A stretch of 64,000 nucleotides of DNA from Macrostomum lignano (GCA_002269645.1 NIVC01002392.1:62001-126000); one strand, 5' to 3'. Counted from the stretch's first letter, positions 1 through 16,994 are shown. The notes: generated from the letters alone by a model not told the origin. Program-made: numbers and translations.

Positions 1-2
1 AC

Positions 3-1402
3 AACCGCGACCGTCCGGGCCTCACCACGGCGGCGGCGGGGAAGCAGAAAAAGCAGAAAAAGCAGAAAAATCAGCAGCTGGACTCCAGCTGGGCTAGAAA
101 AGCTTTTCAGCTGAATTTGCGGCGCCACCGGGGCAAGGGACGGGCGGAGCGGTCCGCGGCGAAGAGGGAGAAGAAAGCTACGAAGACTCTGGCCATCGTG
201 CTGGGTGAGGCTCTCTGGATTGCTGCACCTGCCAGTCTGTGAAGTGTCCAGTCTGTGAAGTGTCCAAGTGTCCAGTCTGTGAAGTGTCCAGTCTGTGAAG
301 TGTCCAAGTGTCCAGTCTGTGAAGTGTCCAAGTGTCCAGTCTGTGAAGTGTCCAAGTGTCCAGTCTGTGAAGTGTCCAAGTGTCAAGTCTGTGAAGTGTC
401 CAAGTGTCCAGTCTGTGAAGTGTCCAAGTGTCAAGTCTGTGAAGTGTCCAAGTGTCCAGTCTGTGAAGTGTCCAAGTGTCCAGTCTGTGAAGTGTCCAAG
501 TGTCCAGTCTGTGAAGTGTCCAAGTGTCAAGTCTATGAAGTGTCCAAGTGTCCAGTCTGTGAAGTGTCCAAGTGTCCAGTCTGTGAAGTGTCCAAGTGTC
601 CAGTCTGTGAAGTGTCCAAGTGTCCAGTCTGTGAAGTGTCCAAGTGTCCAGTCTGTGAAGTGTCCAAGTGTCCAGTCTGTGAAGTGTCCAAGTGTCCAGT
701 CTGTGAAGTGTCCAAGTGTCAAGTCTGTGAAGTGTCCAAGTGTCCAGTCTGTGAAGTGTCCAAGTGTCCAGTCTGTGAAGTGTCCAAGTGTCCAGTCTGT
801 GAAGTGTCCAAGTGTCAAGTCTATGAAGTGTCCAAGTGTCCAGTCTGTGAAGTGTCCAAGTGTCCAGTCTGTGAAGTGTCCAAGTGTCCAGTCTGTGAAG
901 TGTCCAAGTGTCCAGTCTGTGAAGTGTCCAAGTGTCCAGTCTGTGAAGTGTCCAAGTGTCCAGTCTGTGAAGTGTCCAAGTGTCCAGTCTGTGAAGTGTC
1001 CAAGTGTCCAGTCTGTGAAGTGTCCAAGTGTCCAGTCTGTGAAGTGTCCAAGTGTCCAGTCTGTGAAGTGTCCAAGTGTCCAGTCTGTGAAGTGTCCAAG
1101 TGTCCAGTCTGTGAAGTGTCCAAGTGTCCAGTCTGTGAAGTATTCACTCCATTGAATTTCCTCCCTCAGGTGTCTTCCTTCTCTGCTGGCTGCCATTCTT
1201 CATCTCCAACCTGATGTGGGCCGCCTGCCTGAAGAACATTGACTCGGACCTGTTTAGCGGGCCCCTGTGCAACTATGACAGGCGTATCGGAGTGTTCATA
1301 GTCTGGCTGGGCTACGTGAACAGCACCCTCAACCCGCTGATTTACACCATCTTCAACAATGAATTCCGAAAGGCTTTCAAAAAGCTGCTGCACTTTCGTT
1401 AA
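3..1402 (+). CDS. DRD2: Biogenic amine GPCR, D2-like dopamine receptor; 3' part only (end of ICL3, TM6, TM7, helix 8), 5' end outside the window
   Basis: Exons 3..204 and 1170..1402, intron 205-1169 (GTGAGG...CCCTCAG, phase 1). Spliced protein reads ...[17 protein letters not shown]|[19 protein letters not shown]...[32 protein letters not shown]. It has the TM6 CWxPFF and TM7 NPxxY motifs, and EKKATxxLAIVLG plus EFRKAF are typical of D2-like receptors. Subtype assignment is from memory. Confidence 0.85.
233..1140. repeat. Intronic minisatellite, 24-nt unit GTGTCCAAGTGTCCAGTCTGTGAA, about 37 copies
   Basis: Near-perfect tandem array filling the GPCR intron; it produces the repetitive ORFs 107..379, 255..1214 and 295..1155. 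Confidence 0.97.
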
Positions 1403-1961
1403 CACAGGCAAATAATCAGATTGTGGCAGATACCGGATGCTGGTTAACCAACGTCATTGATTTCTCTGGAGGCTAATGTACACAGCTGGATCTAGCGAAT
1501 ACTACGTTGATAGATTGATAGATTTTATCATCTCTTTTTGGTGGACAGAAACAAGAAACCACAAGTTTGCACAGTGTGCTGTGTCCTTTTCTAAATCGAA
1601 TGCAAATATTTTCTGACGTTGGCAGAAAATGCTTTTGTTACTCATAATCTTCGATAAATAATTGCGTTGCTAATAGTGAAAATACTTTGCATTGTGTTAC
1701 CTGCCGTGCTTGTGCATGAAGCGCCCCAGAACCTGTACGGGTACTGCTGCACCTCTTGCATGTCCACTCATGCTTCTTAATGTTGTCGTATATCGCACCG
1801 AACAATGGATCAATAAAGGTCTAATGAAGGCCCGTCGTCTGCAGGCTAAATTTCCCTCAGCTCATATTGGTTGCTTAAAGGTGAATTGATACAGGATAAG
1901 AGCTGGGCCTTAGAGGAACACGAGGGTCAGGCCTTCAAAATCGATGCAAATCGGTCCGACA

Positions 1962-2420
1962 TCTCTCTCCAGACCGATGTGTCTCTTTCCAGACCGATTT
2001 GTCTCTCCCCAGACCGATGTGTCTCTTCCCAGACCGATGTGTCTCTTCCCAGACCGACGTGTCTCTTCCCAGACCGATGTGTCTCTTCTCAAACCGATGT
2101 GTCTCTTCCCAGACCGATGTGTCTCTCCCCAGACCGATGCGTCTCTCCTTAGACCGATGTGTCTCTTCTCAAACCGATACGTCTCTTCTCAAACCGATGT
2201 GTCTCTTCTCAAACCGATGCGTCTTTTCTTAGACCGATGAGTCTCTCCCCAAACCGATGCGTCTCTTCTCAAACCGATGCGTCTCTTCTCTAACCGATGC
2301 GTCTCTTCTCAAACCGATGAGTCTCTCCCCAAACCGATGCGTCTCTTCTCTAACCGATGCGTCTCTTCTCTAACCGATGCGTCTCTTCTTAAACCGATGT
2401 GTCTCTTCCCAGACCGATGT
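1962..2420. repeat. Minisatellite, 20-nt unit GTGTCTCTTCCCAGACCGAT, about 22 copies
   Basis: Tandem units with drifting variants (CCCAGA/CTCAAA/CTCTAA). Confidence 0.95.
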
Positions 2421-3749
2421 GTCTCCCCCCACCCACAGACGTGCTGGTGCAACAGTAGTAAATCTACGCAATAGCGCCACAATAGCTCGATCTAGTCAGT
2501 TATTTGATTAGGTCGAAAGCTTTGAAAAGTCAGGTACTCTCGTCACGAGCTAAAGTTCAGACAGTTGATCTTCGCCAGTAAATTGAGACGTAGCTATGAG
2601 AGACAGTCTGTAACAAAAACCAAAAGTAGTTAGACAGACAGACGGAGACAGGGAAGGTTGAACAGGAAGGTCAAAACAAACTCAATATCATAATAAAGAC
2701 CAAACTCCCATCCAAGTCGAGGAGTCTGTATCGCTGTAATTATCCTGCGAAACCCTATGTCTGCTGCTTGGGTCTCCGGGGGGTCCGGGGGGGGGGGTTG
2801 CTGCCAGAGACGCAGCAATCACGCAATTTCGAAATTTGGCTTCAAGTTCCGGACGGAAAATTAAACAGGATCGCGACGCAACTCCCGTCTTTCCGGTCAA
2901 TGCAAATTGATAAAAGGCAAAACGTGTTTCGCCTTGTCAACGGAGCGCGTAGGTTTGAGTCCCGATCAAACTACAGAGACCTCTAGAAGTAGCTCGAACG
3001 GACGTCTGGAAATTCGAACATTTCTTTTCCATGCGGAGCGCAAGAAAACGGATCGGGCTTCAGCTGAAAATCTGTGCCAAGGGTTTCTAAAAATAACCAC
3101 TGGACGGGTTTAAGCTCCTTGGCCATCCTCGTGGCCAAGGACATATAAAGAACTGCAACTAACTGAACAAGTCTGAACGTCCTTCGTGGGGCTAAAAATG
3201 ACTATCTGTATGGCCTCTCTTCCAATCCGTATTGGAATAGCATTAAAGGTCTTTGCGCGCGTCTGCCGTTTTCCTAGATTCCCAGAATTCGCTTGGGACT
3301 TCTGGCCGCAGCTGCAAAGCTTAGAATTTCGCTCGTTTAGCGAGTGCTGGAAATTTTACGCGGTGGCGCAGAGAAGCCGTCGAAATCAGCTCCCCATTGG
3401 CGCCTCTGTTCCCCATCTGTCCAGAGGCAGGCAGCTAGGCTGTCATTGATTGTGACCCCTGATTGCTGACGCACGAACCGCACCGATGGGATAATTAGGG
3501 CCCGCAAAACAGGAACAACTTTTTCGTCTTGTAAAGCCGCGCTTATTTCTTTTTTCGGTAAAAATCAGTCTGTTTCTGTTTGTACCAATTCTTGACAGCT
3601 TTTCAATTGCAGAAGACTTGCTCCCGGTTGCATCTAGTAGCGCAAAGTGCAACGCACAAATGTGTAACTTTGAGGCTATCCTAAAATAAAGGGATATTGT
3701 AAACAACATAGAAATACGAGCTATCAGCCATAGGTTGAGAGCTAGTATG

Positions 3750-4438
3750 CAACCTCAGTTGACAGTCGGTAAGCAACCTCAGGTGACAGTCGGTAAGCAA
3801 CCTAATGTGACAGTAGGTAAGCAACCTCAGCGGCAGTCGGTAAGCAACCTCAGTTGACAGTCGATAAGCAACCTCAGCGGCAGTCGGTAAGCAACCTCAG
3901 TTGACAGTCGATAAGCAACCTCAGTGGCAGTCGGTAAGCAACCTCAGTTGACAGTCGGTAAGCAACCTCAGTGACAGTCGGTAAGCAACCTCAGTGACAG
4001 TCGGTAAGCAACCTCAGTTGACAGTCGGTAAGCAACCTCAGTGACAGTCGGTAAGCAACCTCAGTGACAGTCGGTAAGCAACCTCAGTTGACAGTCGGTA
4101 AGCAACCTCAGTGACAGTCGGTAAGCAACCTCAGTGACAGTCGGTAAGCAACCTCAGTGACAGTCGGTAAGCAACCTCAGTGACAGTCGGTAAGCAACCT
4201 CAGTGACAGTCGGTAAGCAACCTCAGGTGACAGTCGGTAAGCAACCTCAGTTGACAGTCGGTAAGCAACCTCAGGTGACAGTCGGTAAGCAACCTAATGT
4301 GACAGTAGGTAAGCAACCTCAGTGACAGTCGGTAAGCAACCTCAGTTGACAGTCGGTAAGCAACCTCAGTGGCAGTCGGTAAGCAACCTCAGTGACAGTC
4401 GGTAAGCAACCTCAGTGGCAGTCGGTAAGCAACCTCAA
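3750..4438. repeat. Minisatellite, 23-24-nt unit CAGTCGGTAAGCAACCTCAGT(T)GA, about 29 copies
   Basis: Visible tandem array. Confidence 0.95.
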
Positions 4439-4953
4439 GTGATGCTCTGCTACTCAATCCAGATCTCATATGCGACCAAGAGATTGAATCCCATGAATTG
4501 AGAAGCATGCAAGAGGAAGCAAAAACTATCAAAGAGAAAGCAGAGAGCGGAGAGTGCAGAGCCGAGGGCAGTCAAGAGGATTACATATCGATTGGTGCAG
4601 GCTGCCAAGTCCCTCTGCAGCAGCTCAGAATTTCGTATCGCATTTGAGCATTCTGGTTGTGAATAAAGCCATCTAAAACCACGGGCACCCTTAGGCTTAT
4701 ACCGGGCATGATTGGGGCTGAATAATTTACTTAAGCCCAGTACTTCACCTGGGTGAAGTCATTCCTTCTTAGCAAACGCTCTAGGCAGCACATTTGCTTC
4801 GACAGCAGCAATCAACACACACGGAAGAGTTGGGGCCGACGAAGGCGAAGGCGGAGAGCAACAGTCAAAAATGTCAATCGCGTGGGCGCGCCGACAGCCT
4901 TCTTGTGTAATGAACAAGTGCAGCGGTTTTGCCTCCTTCCTGAGCCTGACACT

Positions 4954-5255
4954 AGGTTTTAGCCCAGTGGTCAGAGCGTCGGACTCGCAACTTGAAGGTC
5001 GGGGGTTCGATTCTCGACCCACTCGGAACAATTTGTGTCCTTGAGCAAGACACTTAACTCTGCATTGCTGCAGTTCACCCAGCTGTAAAATGGGTGCCAG
5101 CATTAGCTGGGGTAATTGAGGGTGTGTGTGGCGACACCCCAGTCAATGGACTGAACAGCCGTACGCAGCCTTCAGATGCGCCGCGCAATAGCTGCGGCTG
5201 AGCTGTCGGTTGCACATCTGCTCGTTAGGGCAGGTGTAAGCAATTATTATATTGT
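4954..5255 (+). mobile_element. tRNA-derived SINE with CORE-like central domain (copy 1)
   Basis: A-box-like TAGCCCAGTGGTCAGAGCG (4960-), B box GGTTCGATTC (5004-5013), central TGTGTCCTTGAGCAAGACACTTAACTCT...CAGCTGTAAAATGGG resembling the MIR/CORE domain, and a TTA-rich tail. Two more copies lie at 44570-44808 and 45263-45522. Confidence 0.85.
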
Positions 5256-6424
5256 TATTAATTATTCCTGATTCAGCATAACACCTAACAATTATTCAAC
5301 TCTGGAGCAATAAAATCGGTGAAAGCAGACAGTTCGTGACGAAAAAACTTTAAGTTGGTGGCAGCTATATACAAAAGGCACAGGGCGGTTATATATTTAA
5401 AACAACAATTGGATTTTTGCAATTCAACAGAATCATTAAACAACCCAAATGATTGAGTCTCGGTTTCCTGTGTCAGCTTCATCCTGTGCACCCGCTTGGC
5501 CTGAGAGTGGATTGAGAGACAAAGGACTGACATGCATGAGTGAGGAGAGTTCGGTAACAGAAGCTTGGATAATGGCTGGTCTCGCGCTTTGAGGATCAGC
5601 GAGTCAGGTGAAAGTTAATGTGGGAAAAACAATGGCAGTCAGTCAGCTTGGCGAAGATGCAATTCAATTCAGTTGGAATTTTTTTAGTCAGCTAAGTGCT
5701 TTGTTGGAAGAGCGAGAGAAGCACACAGCCGCGCCTGTTGCTACCCGCGACGCGTCAAACTAAAGAGCCGAGCTCTGCCCTTATTGTGAATCTCACAATA
5801 GCATATTCCGAATTTCCCAATACATACTACTGACAGCGCATCAGTAGTACAACAAGACAATTGGAAACACAATTTTAGCCTGAGACAATTTTTAAACAAT
5901 ATTCAATCTGTTAAATTACAAAATACAGAAAAACTGTCAAACTTCGTCACTAAAAAACAAAAAAAACTTTAATAGAGGCGCTTCACAAAATTATCTGTCG
6001 TACAGGGTAAAAAATTACAAGAATAAATTGTAAAAAAAGTTCGCACACACTCAGGATTTGCCGACTTAATGCGGCCAGTTGAGCTGGAAGAACAAATTTT
6101 GGCAAGTCAGAAGTTTTTGTTCATTCAAAAATAGGCTACAGTTTGAGCTTGACACGAGATGAAGCGGGCAATGCATTGACACATTAACAACGTCTGCAAC
6201 TGAATTGTTGCAGAAAACTCTGGCAAATACATCTGAAGAATGCCTGTCTTCTGACAAAACTCCAGATTGTCTCGAATGAGGAAATTAGGCATCAAAATCA
6301 ATATTTTATTGTTGCAGAAATCTTACAAAGTTTGGAAAGCACCCCGATTATTTCTGCTAAATTTGCACTCACAGCGACACCTTTGATTCCAGATTTATTT
6401 AAGTTAAAAATCTATAGCTTGACT

Positions 6425-7070
6425 GTCCACCTCACTTCGTTGTACATTGAAACAAGAAGTTCTTACCCCTTACCCCTTGCTCACCTCACTCCCCGCCCTG
6501 CCCCGCTGTACATTGACACTGGAAATTCCTACCGCTTGTCAGGACGTCCACCTCACTCCCCGCCCTGCCCCGCTGAACATTGACACAGGAAATTCCTACC
6601 CCTTGTCAGGACATCCACCTCACTCCCCGCCTTAAACCGCTGTACATTGACACTGGAAATTCCTACCCCTTGTAAGGACATCCACCTCACTCCCCGCCCT
6701 GCCCCGCTGTACATTGATACTGGAAATTCCTACCCCTTGTAAGGACATCCACCTCACTCCCCGCCCTGCCCCGCTGTACATTGACACTGGAAATTCCTAC
6801 CCCTTGTAAGGACATCCACCTCACTCCCCGCCCTGCCCCGCTGTATATTGACACTGGAAATTCCTACCCCTTGTCAGGACATCCACCTCACTCCCCGCCC
6901 TGCCCCGCTGTACATTGACACTGGAAATTCCTACCCCTTGTAAGGACATCCACCTCACTCCCCGCCCTGCCCCGCTGTACATTGACACTGGAAATTCCTA
7001 CCCCTTGTAAGGACATCCACCTCACTCCCCGCCCTGCCCCGCTGTACATTGACACTGGAAATTCCTACTC
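6425..7070. repeat. Minisatellite, 67-nt unit CACTGGAAATTCCTACCCCTTGTAAGGACATCCACCTCACTCCCCGCCCTGCCCCGCTGTACATTGA, about 9 copies, just 3' of the PRKX stop
   Basis: Period confirmed between 6651 and 6718. Confidence 0.95.
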
Positions 7071-7142
7071 TGAATTAAAAATGCCGATCAATTATGAGGT
7101 GCTTTCAAAACGACGCATATTTCAAATCACAGCCCGAAGTCA

Positions 7143-9896
<2,754 letters not shown>

Positions 9897-10159
9897 AGAG
9901 GAACCCGGTCTGCAAAATTGTTGCATTTTGAGGCTTAGTGACCACAGTCCAGGCATGCTGTCAGAGATGTCAGGGTGCTTTATGATACACTTTTATAAGA
10001 CTTATATAAGCACTTGTCGTACGCTGCAGACAGCTCGTACACGATTGAATGTAAAATAGATATAAATATACACATGAGAACTGCGCGCAACCTGCATGGC
10101 AAAACACTTTTTTCAATCAAAAATGAAGGAAGCGTCGTGTCAAAAATAAAAGATTCATT

Positions 10160-10750
10160 GGGGAAACGCTGAGATGTACATGCTTACGGGGGAATCGCTG
10201 AGATGTCAAGGCTGACGGGGGGGATTGCTGAGATGTCAAGGCTGATGGGGGAATCGCTGAGATGTCCATGCTTACGGGGGAATCGCTGAGATGTCAAGGC
10301 TGATGGGGGAATCGCTGAGATGTCCATGCTTACGGGGGAATCGCTGAGATGTCCATGCTTACGGGGGAATCGCTGAGATGTCAAGGCTGATGGGGGGAAT
10401 CGCTGAGATGTCAGGGCTGATGGGGGAATCGCTGAGATGTCCATGCTTACGGGGGAATTGCTGAGATGTCAAGGCTGACGGGGGGGAATCACTGAGATGT
10501 CAAGGCTGACAGGGGGAATCGCTGAGATGTCAAGGCTGACAGGGGGAATCGCTGAGATGTCAAGGCTGACAGGGGGAATCGCTGAGATATCAAGGCTGAT
10601 GGGGGGGAATTGCTGAGATGTCAAGGCTGACAGGGGGAATCGCTGAGATGTCAAGGCTGACAGGGGGAATCGCTGAGATATCAAGGCTGATGGGGGGGGG
10701 GAATTGCTGAGATGTCAAGGCTGACATGGGAATGCTGAGATGTCAAGGCT
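10160..10750. repeat. Minisatellite, 29-31-nt unit GGGGGAATCGCTGAGATGTCAAGGCTGAC(A), upstream of PRKX
   Basis: Tandem units with two alternating variants (AAGGCTGA and CATGCTTAC). Confidence 0.95.
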
Positions 10751-11735
10751 TGGAGGTCAGAAGCTACATGTAGTTTATTCAATTTTTTTTATTCCATTCT
10801 TTGTTGGCTCCCCAATGGGGGCGCTGGTTGCTAGTCTATTTACTGAGAACATAAAAGACACTAATACACACGTCATACACACGATAACACAATGTGTAGC
10901 CAAAGTATGAGGACGCTACTTAAAATTTTTCGAGCTGGAGCCCGCCAAGGAACGTACGGTCGTGTCGCCAGTTGTATTTCAGTAAGCTCCAGAGAACGCA
11001 CAGTGCTTAGTGAGGTTTCCCCATAGACAAACCCATAGAAAAATCCGATTCCTCTTTTACGACAAACATGTACGTTCCTTGCCGAAAGCAGCGCGACTGC
11101 ATTGAGACAGAATTGATCGGAAATGTGGATTCTTAATCGGCTCCTTTTGCACGACTTCGGGAACCGCTAACCAACTGAGAACCAACTAATCCCACTAATC
11201 AAAATCCAGTCGCAGTATAAGCAAAATAAACACACTCTAGCACCAATAATTAAGCGAGCTATACAGCGGGCTGGCAATTAAAAAGATTTATTTGCCAGCT
11301 GCTATTGTTCTGCAACAGTTCATACTTACTGCACAGGGACTGGACTGGACTTTGAAGGGTGTCTTGAGCAGTTGAGAGAGACTCGCAACTAAATAGCATT
11401 AACGATTCCCACCTTTAAGTAGCTGTTCAACCGAGAGCCACTCTAACCCTCCCTCGCTTGCCAAGAAGAGATGGATGGACGCAGAGGCGCCAAAGAGACA
11501 AGGCAGAACGCAAGAGACGCAACAGGCTGCGGTCTCGCATTGGCTATGGAAAGATAAACAGAGGCATCAACAAAAATTTTTTGCGAAAGCAATTCATAAT
11601 TGGATAGATATAGGATATACCGCACAATATGCATGTACCAGGGTACATCTTAAAAGCAAACGCCTGATCATTTGAAAGCTCTGCAGTAAAGTTTTAGCCT
11701 ACAATATAAATTAACCAATCTGGGATGATGGCAGT

Positions 11736-12886
11736 GGCCCAGCAACTGAGGATCTGGGAGGCTGGCGGTGGCTTAGCAACTGAGGATCTGGGAGGCTGGC
11801 CCAGCAACTGAGGATCTGGGAGGCTGGCGGTGGCTTAGCAACTGAGGATCTGGGGAGGCTGGCTCAGCAACTGAGGATCTGGGAGGCTGGCTCAGCAACT
11901 GAGGATCTGGGGGGCTGGCGGTGGCTTAGCAACTGAGGATCTGGGGAGGCTGGCTCAGCAACTGAGGATCTGGGAGGCTGGCCCAGCAACTGAGGATCTG
12001 GGGAGGCTGGCACAGCAACTGAGGATCTGGGAGGCTGGCCCAGCAACTGAGGATCTGGGAGGCTGGCGGTGGCTTAGCAACTGAGGATCTGGGGAGGCTG
12101 GCTCAGCAACTGAGGATCTGGGAGGCTGGCCCAGCAACTGAGGATCTGGGGAGGCTGGCTCAGCAACTGAGGATCTGGGAGGCTGGCGGTGGCTTAGCAA
12201 CTGAGGATCTGGGGGGCTGGCGGTGGCTTAGCAATTGAGGATCTGGGGAGGCTGGCTCAGCAACTGAGGATCTGGGAGGCTGGCCCAGCAACTGAGGATC
12301 TGGGGGGCTGGCGGTGGCTTAGCAATTGAGGATCTGGGGAGGCTGGCTCAGCAACTGAGGATCTGGGAGGCTGGCCCAGCAACTGAGGATCTGGGGAGGC
12401 TGGCCCAGCAACTGAGGATCTGGGAGGCTGGCCCAGCAACTGAGGATCTGGGAGGCTGGCCCAGCAACTGATGATCTGGGAGGCTAGCCCAGCAACTGAG
12501 GATCTGGGAGGCTGGCTCAGCAACTGAGGATCTGGGAGGCTGGCTCAGCAACTGAGGATCTGGGAGGCTGGCTCAGTAACTGAGGATCTGGGAGGCTGGC
12601 CCAGCAACTGAGAATCTGGGAGGCTGGCTCAGCAACTGAGGATCTGGGAGGCTGGCCCAGCAACTGGCACTCTGGGAGGCTAGCCCAGCACTGAGAATCT
12701 GGGAGGCTGGCTCAGCAACTGAGGATCTGGGAGGCTGGCCCAGCAACTGGCACTCCGGGAGGCTAGCCCAGCACTGAGGATCTAGGAGGCTGGCAGTGGC
12801 TTAGCAACTGAGGATCTGGGAGGCTGACAGTGGCTTAGCAACTGAGGATCTGGAAGACTGGCCTAGCAACTAAGGACCTAAGAAGG
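11736..12886. repeat. Dispersed minisatellite family, 28-nt unit CCAGCAACTGAGGATCTGGGAGGCTGGC, locus 1
   Basis: About 37 units, degenerating at the right end. The same unit recurs at 28725-28953 and 42838-43352. Confidence 0.97.
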
Positions 12887-15403
12887 TGCCAACTTAACTT
12901 AGCTTAATAATCTAGATTGTGATAAAGATTAAATATCTTAAGAGACATTGTTAAGAATAGACAAAATAATTTTTTAAATTTTAAAAGTACATTGTGCATC
13001 TAAAACTTGGCAAAATGCAAAGCTTACATTTTAGAATCTCTTTTAATATGCACAAAAACAAAGAAATGAATACTAACAAACTTTTGTTTGGACTTTAGGT
13101 TTTATATTAAAGCAAGCTTTATTTATGTCGACTATAAAGTTGAAAAAGACATTTCAAGCATAAATTTAAAAAAATCAGTAAAGAACTGAAGTTTCTCATA
13201 ATATAATATGTAGTTTAGTTTCTAACTACCAATAAAGTAGTTTCTATAATCAACAATAGTATAATGTTCAAATAATGTCTTATTTAAAAAGAACTACAAG
13301 CAAATGGCAAAGTTTAACTTAGCACTGACTGTCTGATTTTTCATTAGTTTTTAATTCTAAATATTTTGCTTTGACATGTCAATACGACAATAGTTTTTAC
13401 AAAGTATAATTAGTGACATAAAAACCTAAATTAAATATACTTCAAGATCATTGGGACAAGAAGAAAACAACAGGTAGATGTTCAATCTCACAAAAAATAT
13501 CAGGAATAGAATAATTTTGAAAAACCATAATAACATGAAATAAAAAGTCCCTAATCGTCTTAGTAATTTTAGCTAGGCCTAGATGCTAGCCAAAAAAGCA
13601 AAATAAAACTAGGTCTAGGATGACGATGAAGTAATTCAGGTAATAAATTAATAGCCATAAATCTAATGTTCTTTTTATCAAATAAAATTCAATCACATAA
13701 TGACACTAAACCAAATTTTTAGAGGGATAAAAACGAATCTAAAAATAAAAGGTGCACAAGTGTTCTCAATGACAATCGGTCACATCACATGTAAACCTTA
13801 AGGACACGCTCTCTTAGAAAGAAAAGAATTGAATTTGTGCCAAATAGTTCGTATGCCGCTTGACATATAAGGCTAGTAAAAAGCCGCAAATATTGAAATA
13901 TAACGAGAGTCCTCAGCTAGGTGTCTCAGAAGAAACCCAGAAAACTGTCTAAAAATAGGTTAAAAATCAAAGAATTTTCTAGTTTTGGTAACGCAGCAAG
14001 TTTTGATATAAAGTAGTATAGTAGTTAAAATATTATAGTAGTTATGCAGGAAATAGGTTTTGCTGAATTGCCTCGGAGGAGCGCGGAATGTTAAAAAGCT
14101 GCATGTTTGCACAGGATGTCCACGCTGGGACACCCAACACCCTTGCCATAACAAAAGCCAAGCAAAGGTTCTGGTTCACGCCAATAATTATAATAAAATA
14201 GAAGTAAGACTCATCTCTTAATCTCTTAATCTTTTTGTTTAACAGAGAAATTAATGGGATATTTTGAATCGATCGTAGCTCGAATGTAATTATATTAAAA
14301 GGTGATCATTCTGTATGTATGTGCTTCATATAATTAGTACGTACGCAGTGTGATGAACAAAGTAGAGCATGTTCATGAAAGTAAATTCATGTTCATGAGC
14401 TGTATATTATAGACATCTGGGAGAACTTCCGGGACAACCATGGTGCAGTTGTACATGTATACAGAGTAAATAGGAATTTCTGCACATTATAGCAGAATAA
14501 ACTACAACTATATACACAACAGGTACAATAATTGCAATAACCACACGATATTTATATTTTAATATTTAACCGTAATTATACAAATAAATTATTAATTAAA
14601 TGCTGATAAATTACTTATTATATTTTGGATAAAAACTGAAAAGGTCGCGTACATGTATATCTCTTCCCAGTGTATTCTTGCGTAAATCCTCGCTCTCGAG
14701 CATTTTCTAAGAAAAGAATAACTCGCTCTTCTGCTGTCGCGTGCCTTGATGTCTTTGGTTCAGAGGTGTACGTATGTAATAGTTAAGCTTGGAGTCTGTA
14801 AACATGTGTATTAATTAATATGTATATAGATGTACATGTACATGTACATGAAAGAATAATTCCGCGAAGTATCTGGCATATAGTACAAGGTGTTGCCCTT
14901 TTTTGTGTATACATACCCTGGTATGTATGTCAGGACGCGGTGCACTCTGGGGCTGGCTCAGTTTTAGTTGAACTTCGATCTACTTAGTAACTGGACCGAG
15001 TGTGCGTTTCTACAAGCGAGATGACCAATCGCTGCGCGCTCAGAGCTGCATAACTACGAAGTACTTTTTGCTAAGCACGGATACATATAAATATTGTATT
15101 GAATTAATGGCAGTTGAAGCTAACTTGAATTACAAACAAATCAACTTTATAAAGAACAGTTTGAGAACATGCAGCCGCACCGATTGAGTATGTTGAGTAC
15201 GATTGACTATGAGATTATATATACGCAGGCATAGCTGATTCAGGGTGCCATATTCTACCAAAGCGTCGATCCTTATGTAGGTGAGAGCGGAGCAACTACG
15301 TACAGGGGGCGTCGCCATGGATTTTATGGGGGGACTTTATGGAGCCAAGATTTCTACATGTAAAGTACACTTTCAGGTTTTTTTTCAGAATTGGTGTTGT
15401 CAG

Positions 15404-16628
15404 CGCTCATTTTAGCGCTGCAGGCACTCATTTTAACGCCGCAGGCACTCATTTTAGCGCTACAGGCACTCATTTTAGCGCTACAGGCATTCATTTTAGC
15501 GCCGCAGGTACTCATTTTAGCGCTACAGGCATTCATTTTAGCGCTACAGGCACTCATTTTAGCGCTACAGGCATTCATTTTAGCGCCGCAGGTACTCATT
15601 TTAGCGCTACAGGCATTCATTTTAGCGCCGCAGGCATTCATTTTAGCGACGCAGGCACTCATTTTAGCGCCGCAGGCACTCATTTTAGCGCCGCAGGCAC
15701 TCATTTTAGCGCCGCAGGCACTCATTTTAGCGCTACAGGCACTCATTTTAGCGCCGCAGGCACTCATTTTAGCGACGCAGGCACTCATTTTAGCGCCGCA
15801 GGCACTCATTTTAGCGACGCAGGCACTCATTTTAGCGCCGCAGGCACTCATTTTAGCGACGCAGGCACTCATTTTAGCGCCGCAGGCACTCATTTTAGCG
15901 CTACAGGCACTCATTTTAGCGCCGCAGGCACTCATTTTAGCGCCGCAGGCACTCATTTTAGCGCTACAGGCATTCATTTTAGCGCCGCAGGCACTCATTT
16001 TAGCGCCACAGGCACTCATTTTAGCGCCGCAGGCACTCATTTTAGCGCTTCAGGCACTCATTTTAGCGCCGCAGGCACTCATTTTAGCGCTACAGGCACT
16101 CATTTTAGCGCCGCAGGCACTCATTTTAGCGCCGCAGGCACTCATTTTAGCGCTACAGGCACTCATTTTAGCGCCGCAGGCACTCATTTTAGCGCCACAG
16201 GCACTCATTTTAGCGCCGCAGGCACTCATTTTAGCGCCGCAGGCACTCATTTTAGCGCCGCAGGCACTCATTTTAGCGCCGCAGGCACTCATTTTAGCGC
16301 CGCAGGCACTCATTTTAGCGCCGCAGGCACTCATTTTAGCGCTACAGGCACTCATTTTAGCGCCGCAGGCACTCATTTTAGCGCCGCAGGCACTCATTTT
16401 AGCGCTACAGGCATTCAATTTAGCGCCGCAGGCACTCATTTTAGCGCCGCAGGCACTCATTTTAGCGCCGCAGGCACTCATTTTAGCGCTTCAGGCACTC
16501 ATTTTAGCGCCGCAGGCACTCATTTTAGCGCCGCAGGCACTCATTTTAGCGCCGCAGGCACTCATTTTAGCGCCGCAGGCACTCATTTTAGCGCCGCAGG
16601 CACTCATTTTAGCGCCGCAGGCACTCAT
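15404..16628. repeat. Minisatellite, 21-nt unit TTTTAGCGCCGCAGGCACTCA, about 58 copies
   Basis: Tandem array and source of the HFSAAGT, ALILAPQ and MSACGAK ORFs. Confidence 0.97.
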
Positions 16629-16994
16629 AAAAGGTGATTGCTGAGTCAGTTTCCCACCTCAGAAAAGAATTTACCCAAAGCCCTGAACTAATAACTAATT
16701 CTTAAGTATGTTTTGCTCATCAGAAGACAGTTGCAAGGAAATTAACAGAAACTGAAAACAATTTAAAGGCGAGATTCGGATTTAACTGCGAATGAGGCGC
16801 CGAGTCTGAGCCGCGGATAAACAGGCGTTTCAGCGCGCGATTTCGTGATAAACTGGATATTGATTTGCCGAAATCCTGCAGCAGACAAAGGCAGTCAAAG
16901 GCAACAGTTAAGAGCGATGAATCGAGGACGCAAACTGTTGACAAATCGGCATGCTAGAGAGATTTACTGCAACTGTCAAGATGAGACAAGATAA

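Noticed and set aside
107-1214. Cys-rich repetitive ORFs (KCPVCEVS)n that look like metallothionein or zinc-binding proteins
   Set aside because: They are translations of a 24-nt intronic array, open in several frames. The flanking GPCR exons splice cleanly across it.
4954-5030. tRNA gene, and likewise at 45263 and 59803
   Set aside because: A and B boxes are present but there is no closed acceptor stem or oligo-T terminator, and the first two continue into a shared SINE body.
10946-11081. 12-bp inverted repeat CAAGGAACGTAC / GTACGTTCCTTG as a MITE
   Set aside because: No TSD and no second copy in the window; too short to call.
15303-15340. CAGGGGGCGTCGCC resembling a DNA transposon terminus
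   Set aside because: I found no matching inverted end.
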